DNA of 64,000 nucleotides, taken from the NCBI GenBank assembly GCA_963786935.1, contig CAWBAN010000002.1:352001-416000 (forward strand), read 5' to 3'. Origin of the DNA: an uncultured bacterium (lineage in GTDB: Bacteria; Krumholzibacteriota; Krumholzibacteriia; Krumholzibacteriales; Krumholzibacteriaceae). The notes below the pieces were generated by a model. The model was not told where the DNA came from and did no database searches. It was given only the letters and a program-made list of their open reading frames with translations. A program made the translations under genes and the position numbers. Shown here in pieces: positions 28,891 to 50,807 of the stretch. The first letter of the stretch is position 1. Every line of letters begins with the position of its first letter.

Positions 28891-28966
28891 GCTGGCGTAG
28901 CTCAATCGGTAGAGCAACTGATTTGTAATCAGTAGGTTGGGGGTTCAATTCCCTTCGCCAGCTCCA
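28891..28966 (+). tRNA. tRNA-Thr(TGT)
   Basis: Cloverleaf, anticodon loop TTTGTAA, encoded CCA. Confidence 0.97.
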
Positions 28967-29088
28967 GAAGCTCGATGAGGCCGGGTAGACGTTTTTCTTC
29001 TCTTCATTGAGAAAAAAACAAAGCGAGAAAGGCCCATAAGGGAATTTTTTGCTTTTCGGGGCCGATTTTTCGTTGATTGGAAGATCCT

Positions 29089-29173
29089 GGGGAGGTTCCC
29101 GAGCGGTCAAAGGGAACAGACTGTAAATCTGTCGCCGAAGGCTTCGGAGGTTCGAATCCTCCCCTCCCCACCA
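29089..29173 (+). tRNA. tRNA-Tyr(GTA)
   Basis: Loop CTGTAAA, long variable arm, CCA. Confidence 0.97.
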
Positions 29174-29215
29174 GGATTGCCGAGCGGGATGAGCGACTGA
29201 TCGTTTTTGCCTGGA

Positions 29216-29291
29216 GCGGGAATAGCTCAGTTGGCAGAGCATCAGCCTTCCAAGCTGAGGGTCGCGGGTTCAAATCCCGTTTCCCGCTCCA
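29216..29291 (+). tRNA. tRNA-Gly(TCC)
   Basis: Loop CTTCCAA, CCA. Confidence 0.97.
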
Positions 29292-29328
29292 ATATGTGGA
29301 CCATGGAGTAGCGAATAAAAGATAGGTG

Positions 29329-29404
29329 GCCCACGTAGCTCAGTCGGTGGAGCACTTCCTTGGTAAGGAAGAGGTCACCGGTTCGATTCCGGTCGTGGGC
29401 TCCA
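29329..29404 (+). tRNA. tRNA-Thr(GGT)
   Basis: Loop TTGGTAA, CCA. Confidence 0.97.
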
Positions 29405-29433
29405 CACAAACCGTGCCGATGAGGAGGTTCAGA

Positions 29434-30646
<1,213 letters not shown>

Positions 30647-30673
30647 CGCAGAGGAGAGAGGAATCGGTACGCC

Positions 30674-30823
30674 ATGAGAGAACTAGCGATTCTTGCATGC
30701 AGCGTCTGCAAGAACAGGAACTACACGACGATGAAGAACAAGAGGAAGCATCCGGACCGGCTCGAGCACAAGAAGTACTGCCGGTTCTGCCGGAAGCACA
30801 CCATTCACAAGGAGACCCGCTAG
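30674..30823 (+). CDS. rpmG: 50S ribosomal protein L33
   Basis: Manual translation [49 protein letters not shown]. Confidence 0.97.
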   Translation: MRELAILACSVCKNRNYTTMKNKRKHPDRLEHKKYCRFCRKHTIHKETR

Positions 30824-30835
30824 GCGGAGCACGAC

Positions 30836-31024
30836 ATGTGGCAGAAAATAAAGCATTTTTTCAGCGAGACCCGGGTGGAGATGCGGAAGGTCACCTGGCC
30901 GACCCGCGACGAGCTCAAGGAATCCACCAAGATCGTAATCGTGTCGACGATCGTCGTCACGCTGTTCATCGGAATCATCGACCAGATCCTCACGTTCGTC
31001 GTGAGGCGTCTGCTCGGGTGGTAA
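30836..31024 (+). CDS. secE: preprotein translocase SecE
   Basis: EMRKVTWP + single TM. Confidence 0.95.
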   Translation: MWQKIKHFFSETRVEMRKVTWPTRDELKESTKIVIVSTIVVTLFIGIIDQILTFVVRRLLGW

Positions 31025-31065
31025 AGGAGGCTTCAGCCTGACCAGGGCCTCGCAGGCGCTCAGCC

Positions 31066-31722
31066 ATGGGTGACGATATATTCAAGAATCTGGACGGAGA
31101 GCAGGAAGAGGAATCTCCTGCCGTCCGGGACGCCGCGGGTGCTTCCCCCGCGCCGCAGGGCGCTCGGGCCGCGATCGATCCGGAAGAGGCGGGAAAGCGG
31201 ATGCGCTGGTACGTCGTCCACACCTACTCGGGACGCGAGAACAAGGTGCGGGAGACGATCGAGCGCCTCATCAAGAATTCGGGAATGCAGGAGCGGTTCG
31301 GAAAGGTGCTCGTAGCCACCGAGGAAGTGGCCGAGATGAAGAAGGGGAAGAAGAAGGTTTCCCACCGGAAGCTCTTCCCCAGCTACATCCTCATCGAGAT
31401 GGAAATGAGCGAAGAGGCGTGGGGGCTCATCGAGAACGTGCCCGGCGTCACGCACTTCGTGGGCGGGGACAAGAAGCCGTTTCCGATACCGAAGAAGGAA
31501 GTCGACCGAATTCTCGGAAGGATGGAGAAGAAGGAAGGGATCGTGCCGGAGGTTCCGTTCACGCTCGGCGAGCACGTTCGCGTCGTGGACGGCCCCTTCG
31601 CGGATTTCACCGGCGTCGTAGACGAAATCAATCCGGAGCGGGGCAAGGTCAAGGTTCTCGTCAGCATCTTCGGCAGAGAAACCCCGGTCGAGCTCGATTT
31701 TCTCCAGGTAAAGATCATTTAA
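31066..31722 (+). CDS. nusG: transcription factor NusG
   Basis: [35 protein letters not shown]; alternative start at 31201. Confidence 0.96.
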   Translation: MGDDIFKNLDGEQEEESPAVRDAAGASPAPQGARAAIDPEEAGKRMRWYVVHTYSGRENKVRETIERLIKNSGMQERFGKVLVATEEVAEMKKGKKKVSHRKLFPSYILIEMEMSEEAWGLIENVPGVTHFVGGDKKPFPIPKKEVDRILGRMEKKEGIVPEVPFTLGEHVRVVDGPFADFTGVVDEINPERGKVKVLVSIFGRETPVELDFLQVKII

Positions 31723-31771
31723 CGATTCCCGGTTCCCGCGCGCGGGTCAGCACGAAGGAGCGCTGGTTCGA

Positions 31772-32209
31772 ATGGCCAAGAAGTCGAAAAAGAAGATCAT
31801 GAAAATCGTCAAGCTGCAGATTCCGGCGGGGCAGGCCACGCCGGCGCCGCCCGTCGGGCCGGCGCTCGGCCAGCTTCAGGTGAGCTCGATGGAGTTCTGC
31901 AAGCAGTTCAACAACTCGACCCAGAAGATGATCGGCTGGATCGTCCCGGTCGAGATCACCGTATTCGCCGACAAGACCTTCACCTTCATCGTGAAGGCGC
32001 CGCCGGTATCGGAGCTCATCAAGAAGGCGGCGAACATCGCGAAGGGCTCCGGCGAGCCGAACAAGGAAAAGGTCGCCAAGCTGTCGAAAGACCAGGTGCG
32101 CGAGATCGCGAAGGCGAAGATCAAGGATCTCAACTGCGCGACGATCGAGGCCGCCATCAGGATGGTCGAGGGAAGCGCCCGCAGCATGGGGATCATCGTC
32201 GAGGAATAA
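31772..32209 (+). CDS. rplK: 50S ribosomal protein L11
   Basis: [24 protein letters not shown]. Confidence 0.98.
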   Translation: MAKKSKKKIMKIVKLQIPAGQATPAPPVGPALGQLQVSSMEFCKQFNNSTQKMIGWIVPVEITVFADKTFTFIVKAPPVSELIKKAANIAKGSGEPNKEKVAKLSKDQVREIAKAKIKDLNCATIEAAIRMVEGSARSMGIIVEE

Positions 32210-32231
32210 AGCCAAGGAAAGTGGTGAAGGT

Positions 32232-32933
32232 ATGAAGCCCGGCAAGAGATATCGTGAGAGCGCCGCGAAGATCGACAGCGCGCGCGAGTATCCCATCGAA
32301 GAGGCGGTGGAAGTGCTCAAGAGCTTCCCCGTGTCGAAGTTCGACGAAACGATCGAGTTTTCCGCGCGGCTCGGCGTCGATCCGAAGCACGCCGACCAGC
32401 AGGTCCGCGGCACGGTCCTGCTCCCGCACGGAACGGGCAAGACGATCCGCGTCCTCGTGCTCACCCGCGGCGAGAAGGAGCAGGAGGCGAAGGCCGCCGG
32501 CGCGGACAACGTCGGCTCCGTCGAGCTCATCGAGAAGATCAAGGAAGGCTGGTTCGAGTTCGACATCGCGATCTCCACGCCCGACATGATGGGCGAGGTG
32601 GGCAAGCTCGGGAAGCTCCTCGGCCCCCGCGGCCTCATGCCGAACCCCAAATCGGGCACGGTGACCTTCGACGTCGCCAAGGCGGTCCGCGAGGCGAAGG
32701 CCGGCAAGATCGAGTACCGCGTCGACAAGGGCGCCAACATCCACGTTCCCGTGGGCAAGATGTCGTTCGAGAAGCAGAAGCTCGTCGACAACATCAAGGC
32801 GCTCGCGCAGGAGCTCGTCCGCGCGAAGCCGGCGTCGGCGAAGGGCAAGTATATCAAGAGCATGTACATCTCATCGACGATGGGGCCGTCGCTCGCGATC
32901 GATCAGGCGTCGCTCATCGGAGAGGCTCGCTAG
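32232..32933 (+). CDS. rplA: 50S ribosomal protein L1
   Basis: [23 protein letters not shown]. Confidence 0.98.
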   Translation: MKPGKRYRESAAKIDSAREYPIEEAVEVLKSFPVSKFDETIEFSARLGVDPKHADQQVRGTVLLPHGTGKTIRVLVLTRGEKEQEAKAAGADNVGSVELIEKIKEGWFEFDIAISTPDMMGEVGKLGKLLGPRGLMPNPKSGTVTFDVAKAVREAKAGKIEYRVDKGANIHVPVGKMSFEKQKLVDNIKALAQELVRAKPASAKGKYIKSMYISSTMGPSLAIDQASLIGEAR

Positions 32934-32950
32934 GAGAAGGGAAAGCGGTC

Positions 32951-33475
32951 ATGGCACAAGCAGCGAAAACGAAAAAGATCAGCGATCTCGAGGCGATGCT
33001 GAAGGACGCGAAGAGCATCATCCTGAGCGACTTCACCGGCCTCAACGTCAAGGATATCTCGGAGCTCCGCCGGGTGTGCCGCGAGAAGGGCATCAAGTTC
33101 CGCGTCGTGAAGAACACGCTCGCCAAGCGCAGCTTCGAGGAGCTCGGATACGGCGGCGTCGCGTCCCTCCTCGAGGGCCCGACGGCCGTCGCGATCAGCA
33201 CGGAGGACGAAGTCGCCCCCGCGCAGGTCATCAAGAAATTCGCCGATGATTACGAGCTTCCCCGCCTCAAGGGGGGGTACGTTTCGGGTCGCATCCTTTC
33301 CGAGAAGGAGGTGATCCGGCTCGCCGCGCTTCCCGGCAGAGAAGTCCTTCTGGCCCAGGTGGTCGGGACGACGCAGGCCCCGCTGCGAGGCATCGTCAAT
33401 TGCCTCAGCGCTTCCCTGCGGGACCTCGTGAACGTCGTGAAGGCCGTTCAGGACAAGAAGGGAGCCGCCGCGTAA
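32951..33475 (+). CDS. rplJ: 50S ribosomal protein L10
   Basis: VVKNTL, GPTA, LAALP. Confidence 0.96.
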   Translation: MAQAAKTKKISDLEAMLKDAKSIILSDFTGLNVKDISELRRVCREKGIKFRVVKNTLAKRSFEELGYGGVASLLEGPTAVAISTEDEVAPAQVIKKFADDYELPRLKGGYVSGRILSEKEVIRLAALPGREVLLAQVVGTTQAPLRGIVNCLSASLRDLVNVVKAVQDKKGAAA

Positions 33476-33585
33476 GCGCGGTAACGGTCCCCGCAGGGGG
33501 GCCGGTCCGGTGAAGGGGGCTCGTTCCCTCCGAGGGGGCGTCCCCGTCGTTCGTACATCACACACGAAGAAAGAGAGGTCGGACC

Positions 33586-34047
33586 ATGACGACGAAGAAG
33601 AAAGACGAAGCGGCCGAGGGAACGGGCGCCGAGGCCCATACCGAAGAGAAGGCGAAGCCGGCGAGCGGATCGGTCGGCACAATCGTCGGCCAGATCGAAA
33701 CCCTCAGCGTGCTCGAGCTCTCCGAGCTCGTGAAGGCGCTCGAGGAGCGGTTCGGCGTCACCGCCGCCGCCCCGATGGCGTTCATGCCGGGCATGATGGC
33801 CGGCGGCGCGGCTCCCGCCGCGGCGGAAGAGGAGAAGACCGAGTTCACGCCGACGCTCAAGGAAGCGGGCGCGAACAAGATCCAGGTCATCAAGGTCGTC
33901 CGCGCGATCACGGGCCTCGGCCTCATCGAGGCGAAGAAGCTCGTCGAGGAAGCGCCGAAGCCGATCAAGGAAGGCGTGAACAAGCAGGAAGCCGAGGAAA
34001 TCAAGAAGAAGGTCGAAGAGGTCGGCGGCGTCGTCGAGATCAAGTAG
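33586..34047 (+). CDS. rplL: 50S ribosomal protein L7/L12
   Basis: [28 protein letters not shown]. Confidence 0.97.
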   Translation: MTTKKKDEAAEGTGAEAHTEEKAKPASGSVGTIVGQIETLSVLELSELVKALEERFGVTAAAPMAFMPGMMAGGAAPAAAEEEKTEFTPTLKEAGANKIQVIKVVRAITGLGLIEAKKLVEEAPKPIKEGVNKQEAEEIKKKVEEVGGVVEIK

Positions 34048-34092
34048 CATCGAAAAGCCGGGATTGGCCTGTAACAAAAGGGGTCATTTTAA

Positions 34093-37887
<3,795 letters not shown>

Positions 37888-37937
37888 GCCCGGTTCTTCA
37901 GGCGATATTGGTGAACGGTTTCCGCCGGAGGTAACCA

Positions 37938-42044
<4,107 letters not shown>

Positions 42045-42063
42045 ACCGCTCGCAAATATTTAC

Positions 42064-42092
42064 TTGACATGGCTGAATATTATTGTTAAATT
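42064..42092 (+). promoter_or_regulatory. promoter of str operon
   Basis: TTGACA, 17 nt, TGt-TAAATT. Confidence 0.7.
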
Positions 42093-42178
42093 GCTGTTTC
42101 GCGTCCCTATTTTTTATCCGTTTTAGGTGCGCAAAAGGTTCGTAACTGGCCGTCTTTATGAGAATTAAGGGGTAAACG

Positions 42179-42562
42179 GTGCCGACGATTAATCAGCTCA
42201 TTCGCAAGGGGCGCTCCGCCGTCCACAAGAAAACGCACGCCCCCGCGCTCAAGAGCTGTCCGCAGAAGCGAGGCGTGTGCACGCGCGTGTATACCTCGAC
42301 GCCCAAGAAGCCGAACTCGGCGATCCGCAAGGTGGCCCGTGTGAGGCTCCAGAACGGCTTCGAGGTCACCTCGTACATACCCGGCGAAGGGCACAACCTT
42401 CAGGAGCACTCGATCGTCCTCATTCGCGGGGGGCGCGTGAAGGACCTTCCCGGCGTTCGTTACCATATCATCCGCGGCGCGCTCGACGCGACCGGCGTCG
42501 AGGGAAGAAACAAGAGCCGTTCGAAATACGGCGTCAAGAAGCCGAAGAAGTCCGCCGCATAA
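42179..42562 (+). CDS. rpsL: 30S ribosomal protein S12
   Basis: [23 protein letters not shown]. Confidence 0.99.
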   Translation: MPTINQLIRKGRSAVHKKTHAPALKSCPQKRGVCTRVYTSTPKKPNSAIRKVARVRLQNGFEVTSYIPGEGHNLQEHSIVLIRGGRVKDLPGVRYHIIRGALDATGVEGRNKSRSKYGVKKPKKSAA

Positions 42563-42581
42563 CACTCGGGAGATTGATGCG

Positions 42582-43052
42582 ATGCCACGCAGGCGTGAAG
42601 TAGTAAAAAGAGAAGTCATATCCGATCCGAAGTACAGCGACGCCCTCGTTTCGCGGGTGATCAGCTACGTTCTCAAGCGCGGCAAGCGCGGCACTTCGGA
42701 GAGAATCGTGTACGGCGCGCTCGACATCATCGAGGAGAGGTCGGGCCAGAAGGGTCTCGATGTGATGCGGAAGGCGATCGAGAACGTGAAGCCCGTCCTC
42801 GAGGTGACGTCCCGCCGCGTCGGCGGCGCCACGTACCAGGTGCCCATCGAGGTCCGCTCCGACCGGCGCCTCGCGCTTGCGCTCCGCTGGATCCTCGGCT
42901 ACGCGCGCGTGCGGCCGGAACACACGATGGCGGAACGGCTTGCCGCCGAGCTCCTCCTTGCGTACAAGCACGAGGGGCCCTCGATCAAGAAGCGTGAAGA
43001 CACGCACAAGATGGCGGAGGCGAACAAGGCCTTCGCGCACTATCGCTGGTAG
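42582..43052 (+). CDS. rpsG: 30S ribosomal protein S7
   Basis: [24 protein letters not shown]. Confidence 0.99.
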   Translation: MPRRREVVKREVISDPKYSDALVSRVISYVLKRGKRGTSERIVYGALDIIEERSGQKGLDVMRKAIENVKPVLEVTSRRVGGATYQVPIEVRSDRRLALALRWILGYARVRPEHTMAERLAAELLLAYKHEGPSIKKREDTHKMAEANKAFAHYRW

Positions 43053-43170
43053 AGCAGATCGGCCGGCTGCCCTCAGCCGGTGCGAATAGATTTTTCTGGC
43101 TGGGTGGTTGGGGCAAATCCGGATTGGGGCCTGCTCACGCGGGTTCCGACGAGGGTGAGGGACACAACTG

Positions 43171-43221
43171 ATGAACAAGCAGACGTTGCTTAACGACACC
43201 CGCCGCCATCGGCTCACCTGA
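43171..43221 (+). other. putative 16-aa leader peptide upstream of fusA (MNKQTLLNDTRRHRLT)
   Basis: SD-like GGTGAGGG about 9 nt before ATG; stop codon lies in a hairpin arm. Confidence 0.35.
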
Positions 43222-43278
43222 CGCTTCTCGCCTCCCCAGTCGGGGCGTCGTCAGGAAGCCCCGGCGCGGAGAGGCTTT

Positions 43279-45360
43279 ATGACCAGAGAGTTTCCTCTAG
43301 AACAGGTCCGCAATATCGGGATAGCGGCCCACATCGACGCGGGCAAGACTACCCTGACGGAGAGGATTCTCTTCTACACGGGCAAGGTCCACCGGATGGG
43401 CGAAGTGCACGAGGGCAGCACCGTGATGGACTGGATGGATCAGGAACGGGAGCGGGGGATCACGATCATGTCGGCGGCGACGACCTGCGAATGGGCCGAT
43501 CACCGGATCAACATCATCGACACCCCCGGGCACGTCGATTTCACGGTCGAGGTCGAGCGGAGCCTCCGCGTCCTCGACGGGCTCGTCGCGGTGTTCTGCG
43601 GCGTCGGCGGCGTCGAGCCGCAGTCGGAGACGGTCTGGCGGCAGGCCGACCGGTACAACATCCCGCGGCTGGCGTTCGTCAACAAGATGGACCGCGTCGG
43701 CTCCGATTTCGACAACGCGGTCATGATGATGCACGACAGGCTCGGGGCCCACGCCGTGCCGATCGTGCTGCCGATCGGATCGGGCGACTCCTTCGAGGGC
43801 GTCATCGACCTCGTCTCGATGAAGGCGATCTATTACAACGAAGAGGATCTCGGCGCGACGTTCAGCGAGTCGGACATCCCGGCGCGCGAGCTCGCGCGGG
43901 CCGAGGCGGCGCGGGACCAGCTCATGCACGCGCTCGCCGACGTGGACGATTCGTTCATGCACCACGTCGTCCACGGCACCGCGGTGACGATCGAGGAGAT
44001 TCACGCGGCGATCCGCAAAGGGGTCCTCGGCGCCAAGATCGTTCCGGTCCTCGGCGGATCGGCGTTCAAGAACAAGGGCGTTCAGAAGGTGCTCGACGCG
44101 GTCGTCGCGTACCTCCCGAGCCCGGGCGACATCCCGGCGACGAAGGGGATCAACCCCTACACCGAGAAGGAAGAGAAGCGGGAACCCCGCGACGAGTCCC
44201 CCTTCTCGGCGCTCGTGTTCAAGGTGCAGACCGACAAGTATGTCGGCCGTCTCCATTACCTCCGGGTCTATTCGGGATCGATGAGGGCCGGCAGCCAGGT
44301 CATCAACGCGACGAACGACCGCAAGGAGCGCGTGAGCAGGTTCCTCCGGATGCACGCGAACAAGCGGGAGGATATCAACGAGGTGTTCACGGGCGACATC
44401 ATCGCCGCCGTGGGATTGAAGAGCGCCCATACGGGAGACACGCTCTGCGACGCGAAGCACCTCATTCAGTTCGAGTCGATGCGCGTTCCCGAGCCCGTCA
44501 TATCGGTCGCGATCGAGCCGAGGACGAAGGCGGACGGCGAGAAGATGATGAACGCGCTCACCCAGCTCGCCGGCGAGGATCCGTCCTTCCGGATGAAGAT
44601 CGACGCCGAGACGGGCCAGACGATCATCTCGGGCATGGGCGAGCTGCACCTCGAGATTCTCGTCGAGCGCATGTTCAGGGAATTCGACGTGGGCGCCAAG
44701 GTCGGCCGGCCGCAGGTCGCCTACAAGGAAACGATCACCCAGCCCACGCGCGCCGAAGGCAAGTTCGTGCGGCAGAGCGGCGGCCGCGGCCATTTCGGCG
44801 TCGTGACGCTCGAGCTCGAGCCGGCGCCGGGCAAGGGATTTTCGTTCGTGAACAGGATCAGGGACGGCGCCGTCCCCAAGCAGTTCGTGCCGTACGTGGA
44901 GGGGGGCGTGCGCGAGTCGATGGTGAGCGGACCGCTCGGCGGTTATCCCGTCGTGGACATCACGGTTTCGCTCGTGGACGGGGCGTATCACGATGTCGAC
45001 TCGACCGACATCGCGTTTCGCGCGGCGGCGAGCATGGCGTTCACGGAAGGCGTGCGCTCGGGATCTCCGGTGCTCCTCGAGCCCGTCATGGATCTCGAGG
45101 TCGTGCTCCCCGTCGAATACGTCGGCGAGGTCATCAACGATATCAACATGCGAAGAGGCAAAGTCGAAGGGATGTTCCATCGTTCGAACGCACAGGTCAT
45201 CACGGCGCGGGCGCCCCTCTCGGACATGTTCGGCTACGCGACGAGTCTCCGGTCCCTCACCCAGGGCAGAGCGGTCTACACGATGCAATTTTCGCATTAC
45301 GACCGGGTGCCGCCGGAGCTCATCACCGAGAAGCTGGGTCACCTGACGGGCCTCGCGTGA
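43279..45360 (+). CDS. fusA: elongation factor G
   Basis: [30 protein letters not shown]. Confidence 0.99.
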   Translation: MTREFPLEQVRNIGIAAHIDAGKTTLTERILFYTGKVHRMGEVHEGSTVMDWMDQERERGITIMSAATTCEWADHRINIIDTPGHVDFTVEVERSLRVLDGLVAVFCGVGGVEPQSETVWRQADRYNIPRLAFVNKMDRVGSDFDNAVMMMHDRLGAHAVPIVLPIGSGDSFEGVIDLVSMKAIYYNEEDLGATFSESDIPARELARAEAARDQLMHALADVDDSFMHHVVHGTAVTIEEIHAAIRKGVLGAKIVPVLGGSAFKNKGVQKVLDAVVAYLPSPGDIPATKGINPYTEKEEKREPRDESPFSALVFKVQTDKYVGRLHYLRVYSGSMRAGSQVINATNDRKERVSRFLRMHANKREDINEVFTGDIIAAVGLKSAHTGDTLCDAKHLIQFESMRVPEPVISVAIEPRTKADGEKMMNALTQLAGEDPSFRMKIDAETGQTIISGMGELHLEILVERMFREFDVGAKVGRPQVAYKETITQPTRAEGKFVRQSGGRGHFGVVTLELEPAPGKGFSFVNRIRDGAVPKQFVPYVEGGVRESMVSGPLGGYPVVDITVSLVDGAYHDVDSTDIAFRAAASMAFTEGVRSGSPVLLEPVMDLEVVLPVEYVGEVINDINMRRGKVEGMFHRSNAQVITARAPLSDMFGYATSLRSLTQGRAVYTMQFSHYDRVPPELITEKLGHLTGLA

Positions 45361-45375
45361 AGGAGGTAGGGTTCG

Positions 45376-46584
<1,209 letters not shown>

Positions 46585-46611
46585 CAATCTGCCGCGGATG
46601 GAGGTTGCCCG

Positions 46612-46920
<309 letters not shown>

Positions 46921-46934
46921 AGGGGGACGGCGCA

Positions 46935-47555
46935 ATGCGAGGGCTGATCGGCAGGAAAATAGGCATGACGCACATATTCGAGGCGGACGGGGTTCAGGTG
47001 CCCGTTTCGGTCATCGAGCTCGGTCCCTGCCCCGTCGTGCAGGTGAAGACGATGAAGAAGGAAAAGTACGGCGCCGTGCAGCTCGGCTTCGGCGGCGTAC
47101 GGGCGACGAAGGCGAAGCTCGCGGAGATCGGACACTGCAAGAAGGCGAATCTTCCGGTGTACAAGCACCTGCAGGAGTTCCGGGTCGACAACGCCGAGGA
47201 GTTCACCCCCGGCCAGATGATCGACGTGAGCATCTTCAACGGCGTCGAGTGGGTCGACGTGACCGGCAAGACGAAGGGGCGCGGCTTCGCGGGGCTCGTC
47301 AAGCGCCACAAGTTCCACGGCGGCGACCAGACGCACGGATCGAAGTCGCACGCCGTCGCCGGCTCCATCGGCAGTTCCGCCTACCCGTCGCGCGTGATGA
47401 AGGGCAAGCGGATGGCCGGCCGCATGGGCTACAAGCCGTTCACCGTGAAGAATCTCAAGGTCGTCGAGATAGACGTCGAGAACAACCTGATACTGGTTCG
47501 CGGGGCCGTGCCGGGAGCGGCGAATACGATCCTGGCGGTCACGGCCTCCTCGTGA
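46935..47555 (+). CDS. rplC: 50S ribosomal protein L3
   Basis: GRKIGMT, KGRGFAG, MAGRMG, GAVPG. Confidence 0.98.
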   Translation: MRGLIGRKIGMTHIFEADGVQVPVSVIELGPCPVVQVKTMKKEKYGAVQLGFGGVRATKAKLAEIGHCKKANLPVYKHLQEFRVDNAEEFTPGQMIDVSIFNGVEWVDVTGKTKGRGFAGLVKRHKFHGGDQTHGSKSHAVAGSIGSSAYPSRVMKGKRMAGRMGYKPFTVKNLKVVEIDVENNLILVRGAVPGAANTILAVTASS

Positions 47556-47575
47556 GGAGCTCGAGAGGAAGAATC

Positions 47576-48205
47576 ATGGCGAGTGCAAAACTGTTCGATT
47601 TCAACGGCAATCTGAAAGGCACGGTCGAGCTGCCCGAGGCGCTCTTCGGCGCTCCCGTCAACAAGGCGGTCCTCTACGATTCCGTCCGCCAGTATCTCGC
47701 GAACCAGCGGCGCGGCACGTCGAAGGCCAAGGAACGCGGCGAGGTGCACTACAGCACGAAGAAACCGTACCGGCAGAAGGGCACCGGCCGCGCGCGCGCG
47801 GGCATGCGGAGCTCTCCGATCTGGCGGCACGGCGGCGTCGTGTTCGGGCCGCATCCGCGCGATTACCACTACGCGATCCCGCGCAAGATGAAGCGCCTCG
47901 CGCTCGTCTCCGCGCTCAGCGACAAGGGGAAGAGCGAGAACGTCGTCCTCGTCGAGGGCGTCGCCGCCGAACGGCCGAAAACGAAGCCGTTCGCGAGCTT
48001 CCTCCGCGCCGCGGGGCTCGGCGGCAAGCGCGTTCTCTTCGTCACCGACGCGTGGAACGACGCCGTGTACCGTTCGATGCGCAACATTCCGGGCGTCGAC
48101 GTGATCGAGGGCCGGAACATGCACGCCTACGGCATCCTCCGCGCGGACGTGCTGCTCATCACGAAGGAAGGGCTCTCCTCGATCGAGGGGGTGTTTGCGA
48201 GATGA
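47576..48205 (+). CDS. rplD: 50S ribosomal protein L4
   Basis: [21 protein letters not shown]. Confidence 0.98.
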   Translation: MASAKLFDFNGNLKGTVELPEALFGAPVNKAVLYDSVRQYLANQRRGTSKAKERGEVHYSTKKPYRQKGTGRARAGMRSSPIWRHGGVVFGPHPRDYHYAIPRKMKRLALVSALSDKGKSENVVLVEGVAAERPKTKPFASFLRAAGLGGKRVLFVTDAWNDAVYRSMRNIPGVDVIEGRNMHAYGILRADVLLITKEGLSSIEGVFAR

Positions 48206-48504
48206 AGGATTTGACGAAGATCATTCTGAAGCCCGTCATCACCGAGCGCGGCAACGAGGTGAAGGAAGCGGACAACAAGTTCATCTTCGAGGTTCACCCT
48301 CACGCCAACAAGCGCGAGATCAAGCTCGCCGTCGAGAAGCTGTTCGGCGTCACCGTGAAGGACGTGCGGACCGCCGTCATGCGCGGCAAGCCGAAAAAGA
48401 CGATGATGAAGGGCGGACGGTTCGAAGGAAAGCGCCCCGACCGGAAAAAGGCGTTTGTCACGGTCGCCAAGGGGCAGAACATCGACATTTTCGATCAGGT
48501 GTGA
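48202..48504 (+). CDS. rplW: 50S ribosomal protein L23
   Basis: PVITE, ANKREIK.AVEKLF, KKAFVT. Confidence 0.97.
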   Translation: MKDLTKIILKPVITERGNEVKEADNKFIFEVHPHANKREIKLAVEKLFGVTVKDVRTAVMRGKPKKTMMKGGRFEGKRPDRKKAFVTVAKGQNIDIFDQV

Positions 48505-48528
48505 GGTTTCGGAAAGAGGAACTGACCG

Positions 48529-49353
48529 ATGGCTATCAAGAAGTATAAACCGATAACGCCGGGCCAGCGCTACAAGACGACGATCGACTACTCGGTGCTC
48601 ACGAAGAAGGCGCCGGAGAAGGCGCTCCTCGAGGTGTTGAAGCGTACGGGCGGCCGCAACAGCGACGGCCACATCACGAGCCGACACATCGGCGGCGGGC
48701 ACAAGCAGAAGTACCGCATCATCGACTTCAAGCGCGACAAGGTCGGCATTCCGGCGAAGATCTCGGCGCTCGAGTACGATCCGAACCGCTCGGCGTTCAT
48801 CTCGCTGCTCGTCTACGCGGACGGCGAGAAGCGCTACATCCTCGCGCCGCACGGCGTGAAGGTCGGCGACACGATCCTCTCGGGGCCCGACGCGGACATC
48901 CACCCGGGGAACTCGCTCCCGATGGAGAAGATCCCGACGGGGCTCTTCATTCACAATATCGAGCTCACCGCGGGGCGGGGCGGGCAGATGGCGCGGAGCG
49001 CCGGTTCGTACGCGCAGCTCATGGCGAAGGAAGGGAACCACGTATTGCTCAGGCTCCCGAGCGGCGAGCTCCGCAAGGTCCGCAAGGAGTGCTACGCGAC
49101 GATCGGACAGGTGAGCAATATCGATCACGAGAACGTGTCGATCGGCAAGGCGGGGCGCACGCGCTGGCTCGGCCGCAGACCCAAGGTCCGCGGCGTCGCG
49201 ATGAACCCGATCGACCATCCGATGGGCGGCGGCGAGGGAAAATCGAGCGGCGGACGGCACCCGACGACCCCGTGGGGCAAGCCGACGAAGGGTTTCAAGA
49301 CGCGCAAGCGCCAGAAATCCGACAAGCTGATCGTTCACCGGAGGAAGAAGTAG
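48529..49353 (+). CDS. rplB: 50S ribosomal protein L2
   Basis: [25 protein letters not shown]. Confidence 0.99.
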   Translation: MAIKKYKPITPGQRYKTTIDYSVLTKKAPEKALLEVLKRTGGRNSDGHITSRHIGGGHKQKYRIIDFKRDKVGIPAKISALEYDPNRSAFISLLVYADGEKRYILAPHGVKVGDTILSGPDADIHPGNSLPMEKIPTGLFIHNIELTAGRGGQMARSAGSYAQLMAKEGNHVLLRLPSGELRKVRKECYATIGQVSNIDHENVSIGKAGRTRWLGRRPKVRGVAMNPIDHPMGGGEGKSSGGRHPTTPWGKPTKGFKTRKRQKSDKLIVHRRKK

Positions 49354-49432
49354 TCGCGGGTTCGGGCCGGCCGCGCGGCGCGGCCCGGGGCGCTCTCGAG
49401 GGAGAGCGGCGCAGAAACGGCATGGAGGTTCG

Positions 49433-49705
49433 ATGGCCAGATCATTGAAGAAGGGCCCTTTCATCGACGAGAAGCTCGTGAGGCGGCTCGAGAAGATGAA
49501 CGAGGCGGGAGACAAGAAGGTCGCCAAGACGTGGGCGCGCCGTTCGACGATCTCGCCGGAGTTCGTGGGGCAGACACTGGCGATTCACAACGGCAACAAG
49601 TTCATTCCGGTGTTCATCACCGAGAATATGGTAGGCCACAAGCTCGGCGAATTCGTTCCGACGCGGGTCTACCGTGGACATCCGGGCGGAAAAAAGACCG
49701 CGTGA
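49433..49705 (+). CDS. rpsS: 30S ribosomal protein S19
   Basis: [17 protein letters not shown]. Confidence 0.98.
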   Translation: MARSLKKGPFIDEKLVRRLEKMNEAGDKKVAKTWARRSTISPEFVGQTLAIHNGNKFIPVFITENMVGHKLGEFVPTRVYRGHPGGKKTA

Positions 49706-49725
49706 TCGGTCGGAGGTAAATGAAC

Positions 49726-50079
49726 ATGGAAGCACGCGCCATCGCGCGGCACGTGAGGGTCTCCCCGCAGAAGGCGAAGATCGTCGCCGATCTCGTCCGG
49801 GGAAAGTCCGTCGAGAAGGCCCTCGAGATATTAAAATTCTCGAAGACGTACGCGTCGAAGCCCATCGGAAAGACCGTGTTGTCCGCGATGCACAACCTCG
49901 CCACGATGAGCGAGCACCCGATCGAGCCGTCGCACATGGGCATCAAGGAGATCCGCATCAACGAGGGCAGGACGATGTACCGCATCAGGGCGCGGGCGCA
50001 GGGACGCGCGTATCGCATACGGAAACGGTCGAGCCACATCATTGTGGTCGTCGAGCACAAAGAAGAACCGGCGAGCTAA
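49726..50079 (+). CDS. rplV: 50S ribosomal protein L22
   Basis: RVSPQK, RARAQGRA, KRSSHI. Confidence 0.97.
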   Translation: MEARAIARHVRVSPQKAKIVADLVRGKSVEKALEILKFSKTYASKPIGKTVLSAMHNLATMSEHPIEPSHMGIKEIRINEGRTMYRIRARAQGRAYRIRKRSSHIIVVVEHKEEPAS

Positions 50080-50094
50080 CACGAGGAGGCACTT

Positions 50095-50790
50095 TTGGGT
50101 CAGAAGACTAATCCCATAGGGTTGAGGCTCGGCATCAACCGGGCGTGGGATTCCAAGTGGTTCGCGACGAAGAATTTCGCGCACTGGCTGGAAGAGGACG
50201 TCACGATTCGGAAGTATATCAAGAAGCGTCTCGCGCGAGCGGGCGTCTCGAAGACGGAGATCGAGCGGCGCGGCGACAAGGTGCGCGTGCATATCCACAC
50301 CGCGCGGCCGGGCATGGTGATCGGGCGGAAGGGCGCCGAGGTCGATTTCCTGAGCGAGGAGCTCTGCCACCTGACGCTGAAGGACGTCCAGATCGACATC
50401 CGCGAGGTCAAGCGTCCCGAGCTCAACGCGCAGCTCGTCGCCGACCACATCGCCGGGCAGATCGAGCAGCGCGTCTCGTATCGCCGCGCGATGAAGAAGG
50501 CGATCGGCTCCGCGATGCGCATGGGCGCGCACGGAATCAAGATCAAGACCTCGGGCCGCCTCGGCGGCGCCGAAATGTCCCGCGTCGAGGGGTACATGGA
50601 CGGGCGAGTGCCGCTGCACACCCTTCGCGCCGAGATCGATTTCGCCCGCTCGACCGCGTTCACGACGTACGGGGCGGTCGGCGTGAAGGTCTGGATCTAT
50701 CTCGGGGAGCTGTTCCCGAAGGATTTCCGGCGGCAGATGAGCGAAGCGGCGATCGACGAGAGCTCCCGCCAGCGCGGAGAAAGGCCGTAG
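50095..50790 (+). CDS. rpsC: 30S ribosomal protein S3
   Basis: [25 protein letters not shown] start. Confidence 0.98.
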   Translation: MGQKTNPIGLRLGINRAWDSKWFATKNFAHWLEEDVTIRKYIKKRLARAGVSKTEIERRGDKVRVHIHTARPGMVIGRKGAEVDFLSEELCHLTLKDVQIDIREVKRPELNAQLVADHIAGQIEQRVSYRRAMKKAIGSAMRMGAHGIKIKTSGRLGGAEMSRVEGYMDGRVPLHTLRAEIDFARSTAFTTYGAVGVKVWIYLGELFPKDFRRQMSEAAIDESSRQRGERP

Positions 50791-50807
50791 AAAGGGATTG
50801 ATCGATC

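Noticed and set aside
43168..43200. CTGATGA followed by AAGCA/TGCTT stem (hammerhead-like)
   Set aside because: The required GAAA is absent (GACA) and the stem is offset.
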